64,000 nucleotides of DNA from Eledone cirrhosa. Taxonomy: Eukaryota. Positions within the stretch are counted from its first letter, which is position 1; every line of letters begins with the position of its first letter. Made by a program: the position numbers and the translations under genes. The notes beneath the pieces were generated by a model, which was given only the letters and a program-made list of their open reading frames with translations, searched no databases and had not been told where the DNA came from. Positions 49,765 to 62,287 of this stretch are shown piece by piece. The stretch covers positions 42,160,001-42,224,000 of the forward strand of contig OZ024748.1 of the NCBI GenBank assembly GCA_964016885.1. Reading direction: 5' to 3'.

Positions 49765-50810
49765 ACTCCTCTCCCGCCCTCATCCACAGCTCCTCTCCCG
49801 CCCTCATCCACAGCTCCTCTCCCGCCCTCATCCACAGCTCCGCTCCCGCCCTCATCCACAGTTCCTCTCCCGCCCTCATCCACAGTTCCTCTCCCGCCCT
49901 CATCAACAGCTCCTCTCCCGCCCTCATCAACAGCTCCTCTCCCGCCCTCATCAACAGCTCCTCTCCCGCCCTCATCAACAGCTCCTCTCCCGCCCTCATC
50001 AACAGCTCCTCTCCCGCCCTCATCCACAGCTCCTCTCCCGCCCTCATCCACAGCTCCTCTCCCGCCCTCATCCACAGCTCCTCTCCCGCCCTCATCCACA
50101 GCTCCTCTCCCGCCCTCATCCACAGCTCCTCTCCCGCCCTCATCCACAGCTCCTCTCCCGCCCTCATCAACAGCTCCTCTCCCCCCTCACCCACAGCTCC
50201 CCCCCCTCACCCACAGCTCCCCCCCCTCATCAACAGCTCCTCTCCCGCCCTCATCAACAGCTCCTCTCCCGCCCTCATCCACAGCTCCTCTCCCTCCCTC
50301 ATCAACAGCTCCTCTCCCTCCCTCATCCACAGCTCCTCTCCCTCCCTCATCAACAGCTCCTCTCCCTCCCTCATCCACAGCTCCTCTCCCTCCCTCATCA
50401 ACAGCTCCTCTCCCTCCCTCATCAACAGCTCCTCTCCCGCCCTCATCTACAGCTCCTCTCCCTCCCTCATCCACAGCTCCTCTCCCGCCCTCATCTACAG
50501 CTCCGCTCCCGCCCTCATCCACAGCTCCTCTCCCGCCCTCAACCACAGCTCCGCTCCCGCCCTCATCCACAGCTCCGCTCCCGCCCTCATCCACAGCTCC
50601 ACTCCCGCCCTCATCCACAGCTCCTCTCCCGCCCTCAACCACAGCTCCGCTCCCGCCCTCATCCACAGCTCCTCTCCCGCCCTCATCCACAGCTCCTCTC
50701 CCTCCATCATCAACAGCTCCTCTCCCGCCCTCACCCACAGCTCCGCTCCCGCCCTCACCCACAGCTCCGCTCCCGCCCTCATCCACAGCTCCTCTCCCGC
50801 CCTCATCAAC
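49765..50810. repeat. 24-bp C-rich minisatellite, ~43 copies
   Basis: Unit cagctcctctcccgccctcatcca. Confidence 0.97.
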
Positions 50811-51187
50811 AACTCTACAGTTTCAATTGTGTTTTTATAATGATATGACATTCAGATAAGTTGGTTAATCAACAATTCCACTTTCAAATGAATCCACACA
50901 AAACAACTGTCTGCTTTTTTTCTGAATAGGTTATTTATTCTGTATTCTGTATCATTATTATTATTATTATTATTATTGTTGTTGTTGTTGTTATTAACAT
51001 TAACCTTCTCCACTGACTTTGTTCTCACATTAAGTTTCCCATTACCACAGGTGGGGGCAGCAGCCGTACTTTACTTCTACTGCAGCCACACCTTGTAGTT
51101 TTTACGAAGTAATCAACTTCCCCTGTTGTGACCCAGTTTTATAGTCTCATCAACATCACATTTCTTATTTCATGCCTTTCACTGGTA

Positions 51188-51480
51188 TACGAGGGTCGAG
51201 GGTCGGTTTAAAAGTTTGTAGAATGACCAAGGTACTCTCATGGAATGACTAAATGAGGTTTATTTTTCAACATGGTCCTCCAAAAGAAAGAATGCAGTTT
51301 TTTTTATTTAAAAAGAAGAGTTGAAATTAATGCATGCAAGATTTCACAGCTCCTTTCATTATTACTCCTTCATAAAATAAAGTACCAGTAATGTACTGTG
51401 TAATTGTTGGCCTAGTGCCTAAAGTAGAAACAATTATTACTCCTTCATAGTCAGCCTATGAACTCTTCAGCCTACCCTTG
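51188..51480. mobile_element. Mariner-type MITE remnant with an internal SINE fragment
   Basis: ta|cgagggtcggtttaaaagttt at the left and atgaactcttcagcctacccttg at the right. Confidence 0.5.
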
Positions 51481-51758
51481 GCAGAATCAGTAGAGCATGT
51501 GTTGCACAAAATGCTGTGCAGTATTTAGTTATGGCCCCGAGTTCAAATCCTGCCAAAGTCAACATTGTCTTTTGTCCTTGAAGAGATGTGGGGGGTCGAT
51601 GAAATAAAATACCAGCTAAATACTGGGGTCAATATATTTGGCTTTCCCCTTCCAGATTGTGCCGAAAAGTAGAAAGATTTATTAAGCTAGTGTTCAAAAA
51701 AACAAAGTACCAGTCATGTACTGAGGTCAAAGTAGTTGACTTCCCCTCCCTTAAGTTA

Positions 51759-52080
51759 CCATATATTTAGATATCATATATACTGTATATACTTGTGTAT
51801 AAGACACTCCTCTGTTTTATATACAATATTTACAGTGGACCATATATTTAGATATATATACTGTATATACTTGTGTATAAGACACACCTGTTTTATATAC
51901 AATATTTACAGTGTTCCATACATTTAGATATATATATACTGTATATACTTGTGTATAAGACACACCTCTGTTTTATATACAATATTTACAGTGGACCATA
52001 TATTTAGATATATATACTGTATATACTTGTGTATAAGACACACCTGTTTTATATACAATATTTACAGTGGACCATATATT
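51759..52080. repeat. ~78-bp tandem repeat, 4 copies
   Basis: ccatatatttagatatatatactgtatatacttgtgtataagacac..tttacagtgga. Confidence 0.92.
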
Positions 52081-52292
52081 GTTTGGACAGAGGTAAGGGT
52101 GTCCTAGGATGTTGGAAATGGGGTATATAGGGAGGTAGGTAGAGAGGTAGGTAGGTGGGTAGGTAAGTGGGTGGGTAGGGAAGTATCCCAGGTTATAAGG
52201 AAGGCAGAAGGATGGTTTCCTCCCACTGTAGATGTAGTTGACAGAGTGGACTCTACTAAAGACAACCGAGGGACAAGGTGGGGGTATTATAA

Positions 52293-54646
52293 AGGGGTTA
52301 TATCTAGCAGAGGTACCCAAGGAGACAGGTAGGGGTTATACAAGGGGGGATCAAAAAGTTCACGGAATTTTTCAGAAAATAATCTATTTTTCAAAAAATA
52401 TGATTTACCTTCAATTTATTTTTCTACAGAGTTGCCATCCAAGTCAATACACTTCACAAGGCGATGCTTCCAGCTTCGTATGCCGTCTCTAAAGAAAGTT
52501 GAAGGCTTTGTTCGAAGCCATGTGTTGGCAGTATTTTTAGCTTCTTCAACACCTCTAAAACGGGTTCCTTTTAGCATTTCTTTGAGTTTTGGAAAGAGGA
52601 AAAAGTCTGATGGGGCTAAATCTGGACTATAAGGCGGGTAAGGAAGCACTTCCCATCGAAATTCTTGAACAACTTCTTTTGCAACACGTGCAGAATGCGC
52701 TGGTGCATTGTCATGGTGAAACAAGATCCCACCATGGAGTTTCCCTTTTCGTTTCTTGACTAATGCCTCTTTCAGCTTCCTTAAAACATTTGCATAGTAA
52801 GCTCCTGTCACAGTTCTTTGACCTTCAAGATAATCTATTAGTATCACACCAGCTGAATCCCAGAAAATGGTGGCCATCACTTTTTGATCCGACTTTTGAG
52901 ATTTGAACTTGATTGGCACCGATTATTCATGTAGAAGCCACTGTTTTGACTGCTGTTTGGATGCAGGATCATACTGGTAGATCCAGGTTTCATCTCCGGT
53001 GATGATTCTGGTCAGGAAATGCTCTTCATCAACTTCAATTTTGTTTAATATCGCCAAAGACAGATCACTTCGAAGAATCAGCTGATCAGGGCGCAACGCT
53101 TTTGGGACCCATCGCGCTGAAAGCTTGCTTAGTCACAAATTATCGTGCAGAATAGAATTTGCCGAACCATATGAAATGTCTAGGGACTTAGCTAACTGAT
53201 TAACTGTTATTCTTCGACCTTCTTCAATTAAAGTCTGAGCAGCCTCAACGTTTTGGTCATTTTTTAATGTTCCTAGTCTTCCACTGCGATGGTCGTCTTC
53301 AAGGTCGTCTCTCCCTTGTTTGAATCACTGAATCCACTTGTAGACAGCAGTTTTCTTTGGAGCAGTAGTACCATAAACTTTAACTAAAGCCTCCATAATC
53401 TGTGTCCTTTTCCATTTGAGTTTCACCAGAAACTTGATATTCGATCTTATCTCAAAATAACTATTTTCCATTGTTCCAAAAAGAGGTTTTTTAAAGAGTG
53501 TCAGTACTGTACAATAGTCCACGCATGACTGACTGCAAGTGACTAATAGCAAGGTAAACACCCAGTGGCAATGTTCTGACATGTTTAATATTGTTTTAAC
53601 CTGATTTTTTTTTTTTGCTACGATAAAATTCCGCGAACTTTTTGATCCCACGTATCTAACAGGTACTCAAGGGGACAGATAGGGGTTATATCTAACAGAG
53701 GTACACAAGGGGACAGAGAGGGGTTATATCTAACAGAGGTACTCAAGGGGACAGATAGGGGTTATATCTAACAGAGGTACCCAAGGAGACAGATAGGGGT
53801 TATATCTAACAGAGGTACTCAAGGGGACAGATAGGGGTTATATCTAACAGAGGTACCCAAGGAGACAGATAGGGGTTATATCTAACAGAGGTACTCAAGG
53901 AGACAGGTATGGGTTATATCTAACAGGTACTCAAGGGGACAGATAGGGGTTATATCTAACAGAGGTACACAAGGGGACAGGTAGGGGTTATATCTAGCAG
54001 AGGTACCCAAGGAGACAGATAGGGGTTATATCTAACAGAGGTACACAAGGGGACAGATAGGGGTTATATCTAGCAGAGGTACACAAGGGGATAGGTAGGG
54101 GTTATATCTAACAGAGGTACTCAAGGGGATAGGTAGGGGTTATATCTAACAGAGGTACTCAAGGGGACAGATAGGGGTTATATCTAGCAGAGGTACCCAA
54201 GGGGACAGGTAGGGGTTATATCTAGCAGAGGTACCCAAGGGGACAGGTAGGGGTTATATCTAGCAGAGGTACCCAAGGGGACAGGTAGGGGTTATATCTA
54301 GCAGAGGTACCCAAGGGGACAGGTAGGGGTTATATCTAACAGAGGTACCCAAGGGGACAGGTAGGGGTTATATCTAGCAGAGGTACCCAAGGGGACAGAT
54401 AGGGGTTATATCTAACAGAGGTACCCAAGGGGACAGGTAGGGGTTATATCTAGCAGAGGTACCCAAGGGGACAGATAGGGGTTATATCTAACAGAGGTAC
54501 CCAAGGGGACAGATAGGGGTTATATCTAGCAGAGGTACACAAGGGGACAGATAGGGGTTATATCTAACAGAGGTACTCAAGGGGACAGATAGGGGTTATA
54601 TCTAGCAGAGGTACTCAAGGGGACAGATAGGGGTTATATCTAGCAG
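52293..54646. repeat. 38-bp minisatellite, ~27 copies, interrupted near its left end by the mariner
   Basis: Unit tatctaacagaggtacccaaggggacagataggggtta. One unit lies left of the mariner (52293-52340) and the rest run from 53653. Confidence 0.95.
52341..53652 (-). mobile_element. Full-length mariner (DD34D) with an inactivated transposase
   Basis: TIRs ..ggatcaaaaagttcacggaatttt and aaaattccgcgaactttttgatcc.., with a TA TSD (52339-40 and 53653-54). Motifs WVPK, TGDETW, HDNAPAH and YSPDLAPSDF are present, with in-frame stops near 53325 and 53134. Confidence 0.96.
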
Positions 54647-54802
54647 ACAAAATATCAAGAATGTGAAATCCTAATAAATTAATTAGATGAGATATGTTAA
54701 TTATAGTTGTTTCATAGAAACTTAATTAGGTAATGAGTAATTTCCTAGACAACATTTATCATCCCTACAGACACATACACACATATATATATATATATAT
54801 AT

Positions 54803-55131
54803 AGGCACATGGCTTAGTGGTTAGAGCATTGGCTTCACAATCGAAAGGTTGTGAGTTCAATTCTCAGACCAGGTGATGTGTTGTTTCCTTGAGCAAGACA
54901 CTTTATTTCACATTGCTCCAGTTTACTCAGCTGTAGAAATGAGATGATAGGGACTGGGGTCCATATCATTCCACTGTAAAGTGGACGTGTAGGTGCCACA
55001 AAAAAGCACCCAGCACTCACTGTAAATGAGGTTGGTGTTAGGAAGGGCATCCAGCTGTAGAAACCAAGCCAGAATCAGTTCCCGTCCCACCCTTGCAAGC
55101 AGGGAAAAGCAGACGTAAAATGAAATGATGA
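54803..55131 (+). mobile_element. SINE family B (full length)
   Basis: TGGCTTAGTGG box A, GAGTTCAATTC box B, CORE-like motif and RTE-like tail. Confidence 0.92.
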
Positions 55132-55183
55132 GGACACACACATACATACGCGCGCGCGCACACACACACACCACACACATATT

Positions 55184-55245
<62 letters not shown>

Positions 55246-55545
55246 TATATATATATATATGTATATAGTAATAATAATAAATTTGAAGACTAAAATCATT
55301 GCCAGAGAACGTCTCTATGAACCACCTAAGAGAACATTAGTCTACGACCTCTTTTATACCATAAATGTGGTTCTGTCTTTGCGCATAATTATTTTTCACC
55401 GCTCCTATTAATGACGTATTATATTCGTTTTTTCCCGTTCTTTGCCAGGGAACGTTTCCACGAACCAAAGTATCGTCTTCCTGTCTTCCTCCGGTTGCAA
55501 CGTTTTTTGAAATATCCACTTCTGCGTTTACAGATTGACTTTGTT

Positions 55546-55596
55546 AGTTTCAGAAGATCCCGTTAAGGGTGAAAGCAGCGATTCTTTGCTTAAACT
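55546..55596 (+). ncRNA. Degenerate hammerhead-like motif (second copy at 7301-7346)
   Basis: AGTTT-CAGAAGA-TCCC gttaa GGGT-GAAA-GCAG cgattct TTGC-TT-AAACT. All three stems can be drawn, with one core substitution. Confidence 0.45.
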
Positions 55597-55655
55597 TTAA
55601 TCTGTTATTTTAATAAATATATATATATATACAAAAACATATATATATACACAAA

Positions 55656-55720
<65 letters not shown>

Positions 55721-56049
55721 TTTCTGAATTTGTTTAGCAAGATTCTTTATCTGGAAACGTATGTTGAAACCGATATTGTTATACTTTGGGAGGGTCATGT
55801 TGCCAATAAGAAACACACGCACCAGTTGCTTTCACTTCAATTTATTATAATTTATAAATTTAGGAATTTATAATTTTCCGGTTGGTTGGTTGGTTCCACA
55901 ACCAGATGGTTGTTTATATATTGTCAAAGTTCTTTGGTCACACATTCTGTGACCTCTTCAGTGACTGGGGATTCTTTTCTTTGTTTGTGTGCCTCTCCTT
56001 TGTTCTGTCCTACGCCATTTTGTTTCTGTGTGTCACATGATGATGATGA

Positions 56050-56083
56050 TTTTTATGATATATATATATCTTTATATATATAT

Positions 56084-56117
<34 letters not shown>

Positions 56118-57161
56118 CTTTATATATATATTATATATATATCTTTATATATATATATATTATATATATATATATTATATATATATCTTTATATATATAT
56201 ATTATATATATATATCTTTATATATATATTATATATATATATCTTTATATATATTATATATATATATAAATATCTTTATATATATCATCATCATCATCAG
56301 GTTTAGCGTCCGTGTTCCACGCTTGCATGGGTTTGGACGGGGGTAGTCCCACTTGAGGCAAGAGTGATTGTCTTGCTCGCATAGGACTGTCTGGCGGGTT
56401 TTCTACAGTTGGATGCCCTTCCTAACACCAACCACATTTACAGTGTGGGGCTGGGAGGTTTTTACCGTGTTGCCTACACGGCCACATTACAGCGTGGACT
56501 GTCTGTATATATCTTTATATATATATATATCTTTATATATATATCTTTATATATATATATATCTTTATATATACATACAGAATAGCTGGACACTCACAGT
56601 AAAGTGACCAGTGAAAAACTCGGTACATCTACATATGTATACGTGTGTGTATTCATATGCATACTAGTATTTCAGTATACATATGTGGATGTACATTTTT
56701 AACTTAATTGTTTATATATATATCTTTATATATATATATATCTTTATATATATATATATATATCTTTATATATATATATCTTTATATATATATATCTTTA
56801 TATATATATATCTTTATATATATCTTTATATATATATATCTTTATATATATATATATCTTTATATATATATATATATATATATCTTTATATATATATATA
56901 TCTTTATATATATATATATCTTTATATATATATATATCTTTATATATATATATATCTTTATATATATATATATCTTTATATATATATATATCTTTATATA
57001 TATATATATATATATATATCTTTATATATATATCTTTATATATATATATATATATCTTTATATATATATATATATATCTTTATATATATATATATATCTT
57101 TATATATATATATATATCTTTATATATATATATATCTTTATATATACATATATATATATAT

Positions 57162-57195
<34 letters not shown>

Positions 57196-58388
57196 TTATA
57201 TATATATATCTATATCTTTATATCTATATCTTTATATATATATATATATATCTTTATATATATATCTATATCTTTATATATATCTATATCTTTATATATC
57301 TATATCTTTATATATATATATATCTTTATATATATATATATCTTTATATATATATATATATCTTTATATATATATATATCTTTATATATATATATCTATA
57401 TATATATATCTATATATATCTTTATATATATATATCTTTATATATATATATCTTTATATATATATATATCTTTATATATATATATATCTATATATATATA
57501 TCTATATATATCTTTATATATATATATATATCTATATATATATCTTTATATATATATATATATCTATATATATATCTATATATATATATATCTATATATA
57601 TATATATCTTTATATATATATATCTTTATATATATATATCTTTATATATATATATCTTTATATATATATATCTTTATATATATATATCTTTATATATATA
57701 TATCTTTATATATATATATCTTTATATATATATATCTTTATATATATATATCTTTATATATATATATAAACAAGGTTTAGCAAATAATGAAAAAGTTTCA
57801 AAATAAATTTTTATATATCTTTATATATATATATATATATCTTTATATATATATATATCTTTATATATATATATATATCTTTATATATATATATATCTTT
57901 ATATATATATATATCTTTATATATATATATATCTTTATATATATATATATATATCTTTATATATATATATATCTTTATATATATATATCTTTATATATAT
58001 ATATCTTTATATATATATATCTTTATATATATATATCTTTATATATATATATCTTTATATATATATATATCTTTATATATATATATATATATCTTTATAT
58101 ATATATATCTTTATATATATATATATCTTTATATATATATATATATATCTTTATATATATATATATCTTTATATATATATATTATATATATATCTTTATA
58201 TATATATTATATATATATATCTTTATATATATATATATTATATATATATATCTTTATATATTATATATATATTATATATATATATCTTTATATATTATAT
58301 ATATATTATATATATATATATATATTATATATATATATCTATATATATATATTATATATCTATATATATATATTATATATATATTATA
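56050..58388. repeat. Long (TA)n/TCTTTA compound microsatellites around an RTE 3' UTR copy (56285-56505, - strand)
   Basis: Directly visible. Confidence 0.97.
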
Positions 58389-61340
58389 TCATCATCATCA
58401 TCATCATCAACGTTTAACGTCCGTGTTCCACGCTTGCATGGGTTTGGACGGGGGTAGTCCCACTTGAGGCAAGAGTGATTGTCTTGCTCGCATAGGACTG
58501 TCTGGCAGGTTTTCTACAGTTGGATGCCCTTCCTAACACCAACCACATTTACAGTGTGGGGCTGGGAGGTTTTTACCGTGTTGCCTACACGGCCACATTA
58601 CAGCGTGGACTGTGTGTTTTTTTGTCGTGACACCTACACGATCTCATTTGTTTCGGCCTCGATGGCGCGGCACCAACATAACTTTACATAGAACGGGGTG
58701 GTGTGGATGGGGTGGGGGTGGTGGGACGGGGTGTATTTTGTTAGGGATGCCTACTGGCTGGAGTAGGTTTTACTATATATTTAGGTAAGGCGGGTCTTCT
58801 CTGTTACTGAGTACCGCCAAAGGTCTCGGTCCAGTGACATTGTCTTGGAGAGGTGTAAGTGTGTGATGTCGGAGTTTATCAGCTCGTCCCAGGTTTTTCT
58901 AGGTCTGCCTATTCCGTGACTACCGTCTATCTTTATTGCCCTGCACTTTGTTATACAGCTATCGACTTTCATGCGCATCACGTGTCCATACCAACGTAGC
59001 CTTCTCTCGAGTAAACAACATCTGATCCCTCTTATCTCTAATTTTTTCCTTAGTTCGTTTATGCTTTGCCGTTCACGTATATTACTGTTACACATCCAGC
59101 GGAGCATGCAAGCTTCGTTCCTCTCTAGTCTGCGTATATCCTCTGCACACAATGCCCAGGTCTCACTGCCATGCAGCATTGCTGTTCGTATGCAGGCATC
59201 GTACAACCTGCCTTTCATTTTTAGTGAGAACCCTTTAGCAGCTAATAGTGGTATAAGCTCTCTGAACTTTTTCCAACCAGTTCTGACTCTAGCTACAGTA
59301 CTTTCAGAGCACCCTCCCCCACTGCTGATTTTATCGCCCAGGTAACGGAAGCTGTCCACTATTTCTATAGAACCCTCTGCGCAATTGAAAGAGCTAGTAG
59401 CTTGTGGGCACTTGCTGCTACTTATTGCACCAGAGCACCGGCCACATGTAAAATCTATGTTCTTAGTTAGCTTACCTGTGATCCCACTACATCTTTTATG
59501 CACCCATACTTTGCATTTAGGACATAAAATGGAGTTTCTACCTACGCCTTTCCTACACACCGAGCACGACCATTTCCCAGAAGGGACCGCCGCCTTGTTT
59601 TCTTTCCTACAAACTAGTACTTTGGTCTTAGCCAGGTTAATTTTAAGTCCTTTTGACTCTAGGCCGTGCTTCCATGTTTGGAATTTCTTCTCTAGCTCGG
59701 CCATTGATTCCGCTATGAGTGTCAGGTCGTCTGCGTATAGGAGTTCCCATGGGCAGCCTGTCTTGAACTCCTCTGTTATAGCCTGAAGGGCAATAATAAA
59801 TAGTAGTGGGCTGAGAACAGAGCCCTGATGGACGCCAACTTTTACGCTAAACTCTTCACTATATTCGTTGTTAATTCTAACCTTGCTGACTGTTTCTTTA
59901 TACATGGCTTGTATAGCCCTCACAAGCCATTCGTCAACGCCTAGTTTTCTAAGAGCCCACCAGATAATGGAGCGGGGGACTCTGTCGAAGGCTTTCTCCA
60001 AGTCGACAAAAGCTAAGTAGTGGGGTTTACCTTTAGCTAGGTACTTCTCCTGTAGTTGTCGTACTATGAAAAGAGCGTCTGTGGTACTTTTGCCTGACAC
60101 AAACCCGAACTGCATTTCATCTAGGTCAATTCTCTCTCTGATTAGTTGCGCTATTACTTTTTCCGTGACCTTCATGACCTGGTCGATTAATTTAATGCCT
60201 CTATAGTTACTCCTATCTAGGGCGTCTCCTTTACCCTTATAACAGTTAACGATGATGCTGCTATGCCAGTCCTTCGGAACAACCCCATTCTGTACGACTT
60301 GGTTAACTATGCGGGTGACCATGGTGTGTCCCACCGTGCCAGATGCCTTCAGCATCTCAGCAACTATTTCCGAAGGCCCAGCCGCCTTACCCGTCTTCAT
60401 ATCCTTGATTGCCTTACTTATTATACTCCCCTCGACTAACACTGCTGGTCCCTCTATTGGGTCGATATGGGGGAGACTGCCTTTCTCCCAATTATTCTCC
60501 CCATTTAGTAGCCTTTCATAGTGACACTTCCAAGCTACCTTCTTATCAGCGTCGGTGATGGCAAGTGTGCCATCGTCGTTTAGTACACACTTCTCCCCGA
60601 CAATATCACGGTTTTCCTTGACGCATTGCCTAGCAATCCTGAACACCTCACGTTTTTGGTCATCGCGTTGTAGAACATGCTTGAACTTTCTTTCCTCAGC
60701 TTCCCTTCTTGCTAAGTACACTTGTCTCCTAGCTTCCCTCCTGGCCACTTGATAGTCCTCTCTACTTCCCCCATCCCGCCATACTTTCCAAGCCTGCTTT
60801 TTGGCCTTAATTGACCCCTCCACCTTACTGTTCCACCACCATGTTACTCTCCTCCTGCCTACAGGCCTGCTCCAGCCACAGACTTCGTCTGTCGCCAACA
60901 GCAGGTTTGCTTTCAGAAATTCCCACTCTCCCTCTATATTGTCCGACTCTAAATGTTCTTCCTTACTGTCGAAAGCATCAAGTAATATGCTTTGAAATTT
61001 ATTCCTGGCTGTGGGGTCCTTTAGCTTCCATATTTTCCTCCTGAGGATAGTCCTCTTCTGTTGTCGAGTACGTCTCGTCCTGACTATGAGGTCGCTAATT
61101 ATCAGTCTATGTTGGGAGGTGCATTCTTCATGGGGGAGGGATTTAGTGTTTACAACAGACACTCTGTCACGTCTTCTGGTAAGGATATAATCTACCTGGC
61201 TTGTGTGTTCCCCGGATCTATAGGTGATCAAGTGATTGTCACGTTTTTTGAAGTTAGTGTTACAGATAGTTAGGTTATTTGCATCACAGAATTCCAGGAT
61301 TCTGGAGCCTTCCTCATTTCTAGTACCAAACCCATAGCCT
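58388..61340 (-). mobile_element. RTE-clade LINE, 5'-truncated inside the endonuclease, with an uninterrupted ORF
   Basis: 816-aa ORF with SQVDYI, SQHRLI, NYRGIKL, QFGF, FVDLEKAFDRV, GVHQGSVLSP, LYADDL, a PHD-like finger and RLRWYGHVMRM. The 3' UTR and (GAT)n tail are present and both ends lie in (TA)n. Confidence 0.97.
58781..61231 (-). CDS. RTE LINE endonuclease/reverse transcriptase (partial; open reading continues to ~61339)
   Basis: ORF track. Upstream codons read GYGFGTRNEEGSRILEFCDANNLTICNTNFKK. Confidence 0.93.
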   Translation of the reverse strand: MITYRSGEHTSQVDYILTRRRDRVSVVNTKSLPHEECTSQHRLIISDLIVRTRRTRQQKRTILRRKIWKLKDPTARNKFQSILLDAFDSKEEHLESDNIEGEWEFLKANLLLATDEVCGWSRPVGRRRVTWWWNSKVEGSIKAKKQAWKVWRDGGSREDYQVARREARRQVYLARREAEERKFKHVLQRDDQKREVFRIARQCVKENRDIVGEKCVLNDDGTLAITDADKKVAWKCHYERLLNGENNWEKGSLPHIDPIEGPAVLVEGSIISKAIKDMKTGKAAGPSEIVAEMLKASGTVGHTMVTRIVNQVVQNGVVPKDWHSSIIVNCYKGKGDALDRSNYRGIKLIDQVMKVTEKVIAQLIRERIDLDEMQFGFVSGKSTTDALFIVRQLQEKYLAKGKPHYLAFVDLEKAFDRVPRSIIWWALRKLGVDEWLVRAIQAMYKETVSKVRINNEYSEEFSVKVGVHQGSVLSPLLFIIALQAITEEFKTGCPWELLYADDLTLIAESMAELEKKFQTWKHGLESKGLKINLAKTKVLVCRKENKAAVPSGKWSCSVCRKGVGRNSILCPKCKVWVHKRCSGITGKLTKNIDFTCGRCSGAISSSKCPQATSSFNCAEGSIEIVDSFRYLGDKISSGGGCSESTVARVRTGWKKFRELIPLLAAKGFSLKMKGRLYDACIRTAMLHGSETWALCAEDIRRLERNEACMLRWMCNSNIRERQSINELRKKLEIRGIRCCLLERRLRWYGHVMRMKVDSCITKCRAIKIDGSHGIGRPRKTWDELINSDITHLHLSKTMSLDRDLWRYSVTEKTRLT

Positions 61341-61470
61341 ATCTATATATATATATTATATATATATATATATATTATATATATATATATATTATATTGG
61401 AGCTTCCAACAGAAATGGTCGCATTTTTTAAGGGTATGTCAATATTTATTTATAAAACTGTTCTATATTA

Positions 61471-61535
61471 TATTTTATCTGATGAAAGCACACCATAATT
61501 TAACTTGGTGTCCTTGAAATATGTATAATGAAATA
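61471..61535 (+). ncRNA. Minimal type I hammerhead ribozyme motif within a Penelope-like terminal fragment (61396-61580)
   Basis: TATTTTAT-CTGATGA-AAGCACACCA taatttaact TGGTGTCCTT-GAAA-TATGTA-TA-ATGAAATA. Confidence 0.8.
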
Positions 61536-61786
61536 AATATGGTTTTATAAATATAGTTTTCATTTGTTAATATATCGTATTATATATATATATATCTTTA
61601 TATATCTTTATATATTTATATATTTATTTATATATATATATATCTTTATATATATCTCTTTATATATCTTTATATGTATAAATATATATATATATATATA
61701 TATATGTATAAATATATATATATATATATAAATATATATATCTTTATATATATATAAATATATATATATATAAATATATATATCTT

Positions 61787-61820
<34 letters not shown>

Positions 61821-61862
61821 AATATATATATATATCATCATCATCATCATCGTTCATATATA

Positions 61863-61893
<31 letters not shown>

Positions 61894-62248
61894 CTTTATA
61901 TATCTTTATATATATATATATATATATATATTAGTTATAATTATAATATTAATGAGTACGTATACTCATTTATGTGTACGTGTGTATATATATACACACA
62001 TATACATACATATACACACACATACATACAGACATGCATACACACATGTGCACTCACACATATACATACACACATACCTACGCGTACACACATCTATATC
62101 TGTTTCTGTAACGAGTTAATAATATTTTTACTGTAAATAAATTTAATTAAGTATTTAACATGTCACAGTTCAACATATTTGACTGTTGATAGATTACTAA
62201 ATTGTTCTGATGGTAGTTTGTGACTATACCGCACCTCCTGTTGTCTGG

Positions 62249-62287
<39 letters not shown>

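Noticed and set aside
49718-50859. Extensin/mucin-like Pro-Ser-Thr ORFs
   Set aside because: The 24-bp repeat is open in nearly all frames, lies inside ECD intron 1 and has no convincing splice sites. ECD exons 1 and 2 join directly by homology.
54803-54875. tRNA gene-like sequences (also 8128, 10617, 31334, 41028, 63541)
   Set aside because: Box A and box B are present, but no complete cloverleaf was found and each continues into a shared SINE body.
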